Shown here: positions 59,007 through 64,000 of the stretch, one piece after another | Layout of the letters: every line of letters begins with the position of its first letter | How positions within the stretch are numbered: the first letter of the stretch is position 1 | Source: an uncultured virus (IMG/VR IMGVR_UViG_3300025018_003789) | Taxonomy: Duplodnaviria; Heunggongvirae; Uroviricota; Caudoviricetes | Direction: 5' to 3' (one strand) | Length of the DNA: 64,000 bases | IMG/VR virus record: IMGVR_UViG_3300025018_003789 | Position numbers and translations under genes: made by a program | Notes under the pieces: model-generated | What the model was told of the DNA's origin: nothing | What the model saw: the letters and a program-made list of their open reading frames with translations, nothing else | Database searches by the model: none

Positions 59007-59307
59007 TGTTTTGGCCAAAACCCTTGACAAGGTTGAATTGCCGTTGCACTATTCCCCAGAGTTTGGACATTATACATATTATGAAAATGTCCTATACTAC
59101 TACAAGACAGGAAGAAAGTTGCCCAAAAAGGGAATTCGCTGTATGCGAGAAAACTGTCTTCCAAATAGAAAGAAAAAGGTTAAGAGAATTTCCGTCATCT
59201 TCGATGGGGAAAATCTTCTTTTAATAGATTCTGAAGTAAAGAATACAAGACTGACACGTGGTAAGTTTCGGGGCTTGTCGCATGAGGAGGTTTTAAATGG
59301 AGGTTGA
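58996..59307 (+). CDS. Hypothetical protein (start uncertain)
   Basis: 103-aa ORF overlapping a class II promoter. Confidence 0.4.
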   Translation: MESNVLAKTLDKVELPLHYSPEFGHYTYYENVLYYYKTGRKLPKKGIRCMRENCLPNRKKKVKRISVIFDGENLLLIDSEVKNTRLTRGKFRGLSHEEVLNGG

Positions 59308-59482
59308 TTATGAACTTGAAGTCGTCCTATATGCTTGTGCATCCATCAATCTTAGATGTGAGTCTTTAGAATATGAATTCCATCTAGGGTAATGACCGTT
59401 GACTAAAAATCTACAAAAAACTACAAAAAAGTGAAAAAATATGGAAGAAAAACAAAAGGTCAAAATCGTATAAGAATAAATT

Positions 59483-59617
59483 ATGAAAATAAAAGGTTAC
59501 AAAGTTGAACTGAAACTCAACAATAAGCAAAGAACTATGCTCCTGCAACATGCAGGAGCAGCCAGATTCACTTATAATTGGGGACTTTCAAAACGAATTG
59601 ACCTAAGAATTTTGTGA
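59483..59617 (+). pseudogene. tnpB: tnpB N-terminal fragment
   Basis: MKIKGYKVELKLNNKQRTMLLQHAGAARFTYNWGL = HTH_OrfB_IS605-type start. Confidence 0.85.
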
Positions 59618-59626
59618 ATAAATAAT

Positions 59627-60361
59627 ATGGGAAGACTTTGCAGTATGGAAAATAAAGTTTACATATATGGTCTAAAATGTCCCGAAAAAAGGATTATTAG
59701 ATATATTGGGAAAAGTAAGAAACCTAAATCAAGATATTCATCACATTTAAGTCACACAAAAGCAAAAAGGTATGATAATATTCATTTATACCGATGGATT
59801 GCGAAGCTTTTAAGAGATGACTTAAAACCCGAATTGATTATATTGGATAGTTGCAGTGATGAAGATTGGAAGAAAAAAGAAAAGGAATGGATTGCTAAAA
59901 TAGGATTGAAAAATTTGCTTAATATGAATGAGGGTGGTATTGAACCACCAGATAATACGGGTTTTAAATGGACTGATGAACAAAAAGCGAATCATCCATC
60001 ACATAAGAGAAAAGGCAAACCTCAATGGATCAATATTCCACATCCGATGACGGGAAAAATTGGGAAAGATAATCCTAATTATGGGCAAAAGCGTTCTAAA
60101 GAATTTTGTGAGTTAATGCGAAAACAAAGGTTAGAAAACAATGGAATGAAAGGCGTAAAGCTTTCAAAAGAGAGAGTCGAGCAGATAAAAAAACGTGTTA
60201 GAAAACCAGTAGCAATGATTGATGGTAATGGAAATATATTAAAAGAGTATAAATCACAAAAAGAAGCAACAATTGAATTGGGTTTAACTCAAGGTGCGGT
60301 GGCAAGAGTGTGTAGTGGAGAATATAAACAAACAAAAGGATATAAATTTAAATACTTATAA
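59627..60361 (+). CDS. GIY-YIG homing endonuclease with NUMOD-type DNA-binding repeats
   Basis: VYIYGL..P...IRYIGKS..P..R...H; E.EWI...LLN..EGG; GKDNPNYGQKRS; KEYKS..EA..LG....V..VC.G...KGYKFKY. Confidence 0.88.
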   Translation: MGRLCSMENKVYIYGLKCPEKRIIRYIGKSKKPKSRYSSHLSHTKAKRYDNIHLYRWIAKLLRDDLKPELIILDSCSDEDWKKKEKEWIAKIGLKNLLNMNEGGIEPPDNTGFKWTDEQKANHPSHKRKGKPQWINIPHPMTGKIGKDNPNYGQKRSKEFCELMRKQRLENNGMKGVKLSKERVEQIKKRVRKPVAMIDGNGNILKEYKSQKEATIELGLTQGAVARVCSGEYKQTKGYKFKYL

Positions 60362-60365
60362 AAAT

Positions 60366-60551
60366 TCCAGTAAGACCTGTTCTAATTGTGGTGCTATTAA
60401 AAGAGATTTGAGTTTAGGTGATCGTCAATATAATTGTGAGGTGTGTGACTTTAGCATTGACAGGGACGAGAATGCAGCTATAGTCTTGATGAAAGCCGCA
60501 AGTTCTGCGGTGTTAGCCTGTGGAGATATTGTAAGCCCTCAAAGCGCTTAG
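60366..60551 (+). pseudogene. tnpB: tnpB C-terminal fragment (zinc ribbon, RuvC-III)
   Basis: SSKTCSNCG...LSL.DR.Y.C..C...DRD.NAA....ACG. Confidence 0.88.
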
Positions 60552-60988
60552 TGCGCTTTGCGGCTGTATCGTTGAAGCAGGAATTAGATTGAGAATTTGG
60601 TGTTATCCGAAGGATTGAACTTCGTTACCAGATTTTTGTAGATTCTAAGGAACGGTATGGCGTGCTAGAAGACATGTATGATAAATTAAGAGTTCGAGAA
60701 GACGTTGAAACACTGACCCTCTCTTTTCCAGAAAGATTTTTAAACATAACAGAGAGAAGAATTCTACTAAAAAAAATAAGTCATTTTTGTCCAAATGTAA
60801 AAAAAGTAACAATTAAAACTCACTGCCCGATGGTAGTTCAGCAATGTCCAAATGGTTCAGTGTCGGTTTTCAATCAAGGTCCGAAAGATTCTGGAGATAT
60901 CCATAAAAGGCACTATCCCACAGAAGAACAACTTAATTATTTTGACGTAAAAAAACTAAATGTAATTTAAAAGAAAAGAGAAAGTCAA

Positions 60989-63900
60989 ATGGAACAGGTT
61001 ACCGACAAAGTTTACCGCTGGGGTGATCACGATGAGACTGCTATTCAGCAAATCATGAAGTGTACTTATGATGGACGTGCTGTTGCAGGTGCATTGATGG
61101 CTGATGGTCACATGGGCTATTCTATGCCTATCGGAGGCGTTGTAGGTTACAAGAACCTTGTATCTCCTTCTGGCGTTGGATTCGATATCGCATGTATTGC
61201 TGAAGGGACAGAAATAACTACTGGTTCTGGAGAGATTATAAAGATTGAAGACATTACAAAAGACCATAAGGGTCTTACGATGAAACTGTCTGGTTCTCTT
61301 GTAGAAACCAATATTACCGGAATTAAAAGCAAAGAAGTTGAAGAGATTTTGGAAATAGAATTAGAAAATGGAGATGTTTTACGTTTGACAGAAGACCATC
61401 TTCTCCTTACTCAAGAACATGGATGTGAGTCTTGGTGGGAGGCAGGGAAGTTATCAATAGGAGACAAAATAATTGTGTCCCCTTATAAAGGAGTGCAAGG
61501 GGCTTCTACAAAACACCCTGTTTTCATGAGGCTTCTTGGGTATCTGATGGGAGACGGCCACCTTCCATCAAATGGTTGTAGATCGTCCTTCTATTCTTCC
61601 ATAGATGAAGATGCTGATTTAATTAAAAAAGACATAGAAATATATTCTGATTATATTCATCAACAATTCGAAATCCAAAAATCTCAATCTGCAAATCCAG
61701 AATCTATCTCATCAATTGACCCCGTTAACGTTAGAATTTTCCGAAGAGACAGAAAAACTATTACCGGAAAAGATACAAGGGAAAATTGTGTTTATTTTTC
61801 ATCGGAGTGGATCAGAAGGGAATTTGAACTTTATGGATGTCCTTCTGGAAAGAAAAATTTTGATATATCAAGACTTCATGAAGTCTTTTCTGATCTTTCA
61901 TTAGTAGATAAGGCCAATTTTATTAATGGACTTTTGGGAGCAGAAGCAGGTTGCCCAAAAATTGGGAAAAATAATGTCTTCAATCCTTGGATTAAGATGG
62001 GCGGTATAAATGGGAAAGATTTATTGGAATTTATTTCTTCTCTACTCGATGAATTTGGCTTTGAATCGCACATTACTCTTTCTACAGAAGAAGAGGATGG
62101 GAAAGGGGCTACATATGTTCTCCAAATCGTTGGAGGAATGGACGAATTTGAAAGGTTTTACAGAACCTTTAAGTTTTTCTATTCTGGTTACAAGGAAATA
62201 GAAAAGGCAAAAGTTCTTTCTTATATTTGGAACAAAAAACAAATAATTAATAAGAAAATCGCCGCCAGAGAACTTTGCAGGGTTCTTAGATCGCAAGGTC
62301 ATAAAGTTCATTTTTTACATGAAGAAGCCTCTCGAATTCTTGGGTACGAAGTCAATAAACGTTTTGCCCTTAGATCAATTTACGAAGATTGTGATTCTCC
62401 AAGAATCAGCACAGAACAGCCCGTTATCGATACTATTAATGAATGTGTTTTTGTCAAAATTGTATCAATAAATAAAATTAAAGAAAAAACTAAAGTCTAT
62501 GACATTGGTATTGCTCACGAAGATCATAATTTTATTGCTAATGGAATTATTGTGCATAACTGCGGAAATAAAGCAGTTCGTTTAAATGTCAAAGGTAAAG
62601 ACATCAAAAAAGACATCAAAAAAGACATTAAAAAAATTATGGATCAAGTCTTCAAGACCATTTCTTTTGGTGTTGGACGAAACAATAACGAAAAGGTTGA
62701 GCACTCTCTCTTTGAAGATGAAACATGGAAGTTGCCATGCATTAAAGAAATTGCTCGTGGTAAAAATCCTATTGCATTGAAAGATTTAGCCGCTAACCAA
62801 TTAGGAACTGTTGGCTCTGGGAATCACTACGTCGATTTATTTGTAGACGAAAATGATGATGTTTGGATTGGTGTCCACTTTGGTTCTCGTGGATTGGGTC
62901 ACAAAACGGCAACATATTTTTTAAATAAAGCCGGAGGAAAAGATGATATAAATGCTTATCCCACTTTAATTGAGGCTGATAGTGAATTAGGCATCGATTA
63001 TATTGCTTGTATGAATTTGGCTGGACGATATGCATATGCTGGTAGAGACTGGGTTTGTGATCGTGTGGCTAAAATTCTTCATGCAAAAATTGTAGAAGAA
63101 ATCCATAACCATCATAATTTTTGCATTCCTGCGACAGAAAAAATTCCAACTCCTTTGGGATGGAAAACAATTGATAAATTAGAAATAGGTGAAACAGTTT
63201 ATGGCTTCGATAAAGATTTTGGTTTGTATGAAACAAAAATAAAAAACAAATGGAATAATGGAAAAAAAGAAATCTATACAATAGGAACCAAAAATAGAAA
63301 AATAAGATGTTCTGGTGATCATCCTATATTAGTTATAGAAATTCAAGAAAAACCACATCCAGAAAGAAAATGGCATAAAAAAAATACTGGAAATTATTTA
63401 TGGAAAAAAGCAAGTGAATTAAAAATTAAAGATATAGTTGTATGCGCTGAAAGTTACTATCCTAGTTCGGAGTTAAATGATTTTGGTTTACATAAAGCTA
63501 GACTTTTGGGAGCTTTTATTGGAGATGGTTGGGTTCGACAAGATCCCACTATAAGTGGATATTCTATTGGATTGGCTATTGGTGGTAAGGAAGAAAAGGT
63601 AACAGAAGAATACTTAAATATTCTTAAAAAAGTATTTCCTGAAGCCGATTGGAAAAATAATAAAAAGGTGCTTTTGGGCTAACGGCATCATGTAAATTTA
63701 TATATGAAAAGCTAAAAAAATGGAATATTCATCAAAAATCAAAAAAAAGAAGATTCCCAAGTTATGTTTTCAATTTAAGCCATGAAGAAAAAATACATTT
63801 TTTATCTGGATATGTTGATGCTGATGGGCACGTCCATAAGGAAGATGGCAAAAAAAATCATGGAAGAACTAAAATTTGCTCTACAAACAAATTGCTTGTA

Positions 63901-64000
63901 GAAGATTTGAGGGAACTGTGTATTGGAATCGGAATGTGTCCAACAAATATATCAAAACAGATTTGTAGTTCTAATTTTTTGGAAGAATATATTGCATTTT
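60989..64000 (+). CDS. rtcB: RtcB RNA ligase with two inteins (partial; apparent frameshifts after ~63665)
   Basis: LMADGH.GYSMPIGGV; GVGFDIA|CGN; QLGTVGSGNHY; VHFGSRGLGH; HNHHNF. Confidence 0.93.
61193..62560 (+). mobile_element. Intein 1 (456 aa) with LAGLIDADG endonuclease
   Basis: CIAEGT start; LTEDH block B; LLGYLMGDG, FINGLLGAEA; VYDI...HNFIANGIIVHN|C end. Confidence 0.92.
63122..64000 (+). mobile_element. Intein 2 (partial) with LAGLIDADG endonuclease
   Basis: CIPATEKI.T..G; CSGDHP block B; LLGAFIGDG; FLSGYVDADG in shifted frame. Confidence 0.85.

Larger units (their letters stand above)
5655..59029. promoter_or_regulatory. Dispersed promoter class II: TGGCC-N7-9-TTGACA-like -35 (10 copies)
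   Basis: Minus: 5655-5673, 7968-7987, 17020-17038, 21312-21329, 27834-27851; plus: 42149-42167, 43994-44012, 52253-52270, 54115-54133, 59012-59029; each oriented with the local genes. Confidence 0.65.
59390..60655 (+). mobile_element. IS607-like non-autonomous element: tnpB remnants enclosing a GIY-YIG gene
   Basis: CCGTT..AAATCTACAAAAA left end and TTTTTGTAGATT..AACGG right end; GG junctions; tnpB N- and C-terminal fragments; no tnpA. Confidence 0.8.
59297..60970 (+). pseudogene. 135-aa gene split by element 59390-60655
   Basis: GAGGAGG RBS; MEVDYELEVV...EFHLG | YGVLEDMYDKL...FPERFLN; both halves in same frame. Confidence 0.7.

Noticed and set aside
541..59472. Possible third (late) promoter motif containing CGTAT upstream of AT-rich genes (541, 1595, 38628, 59467)
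   Set aside because: Too short and variable to distinguish from chance by eye; needs a genome-wide motif search
57660..60655. The two insertions as group I introns
   Set aside because: Could not identify P3/P7 core sequences; the in-frame 5' junction follows G rather than U; ends and tnpB remnants fit IS607-like DNA elements
21362..63780. Small frameshifts (~21735, ~29181, ~34065, ~42860, ~57025, ~63665, ~63750) as programmed frameshifting
   Set aside because: Mostly single-base changes in short homopolymers scattered over unrelated genes, which is typical of sequencing/assembly indels
1..64000. Genome-wide TGA=Trp (code 4) recoding
   Set aside because: Many genes end in TGA with ATGA coupling, and long genes such as pyrG and cca are open in code 11 using TGG

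Overview
The window looks like a segment of a very large (jumbo/huge) dsDNA bacteriophage genome. No ribosomal, tRNA or CRISPR loci were recognised. Three blocks are visible. (i) 1-4 kb: AT-rich + strand genes (LAGLIDADG endonuclease, adenylate-kinase-like protein). (ii) 4-38.5 kb: a higher-GC, minus-strand tract of ~70 mostly small genes (CobS/CobT-like AAA+VWA pair, ParB-like, DUF932, ArdC-like, HicA-like, many unknowns). It is punctuated by ~35 same-orientation copies of a non-sigma70 promoter-like module (coding strand GAGCTAAC-CGAAACA-N13/14-TANNNT-TAT). The module is often followed by a covarying hairpin carrying the Shine-Dalgarno sequence in its loop, and upstream ORFs repeatedly stop inside the motif. 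(iii) 38.5-64 kb: AT-rich genes starting after G-tracts and a 43-bp repeat (possible genome end). They include HNH, HD hydrolase, DNA methyltransferases, a probable ~1650-aa DUF5661/ART-like/3xGNAT/CCA-adding polyprotein with recurrent WYK linkers, CTP synthase and an RtcB with two inteins. Two related IS607-like non-autonomous elements split genes at GG. One is an omegaRNA-only miniature; in the other a GIY-YIG endonuclease has replaced the core of tnpB. A second promoter class (TGGCC-N7-9-TTGACA) recurs 10 times. Family calls are from motif recognition by eye. Several 1-nt frameshifts in homopolymers suggest assembly errors, which tempers all pseudogene and recoding claims.
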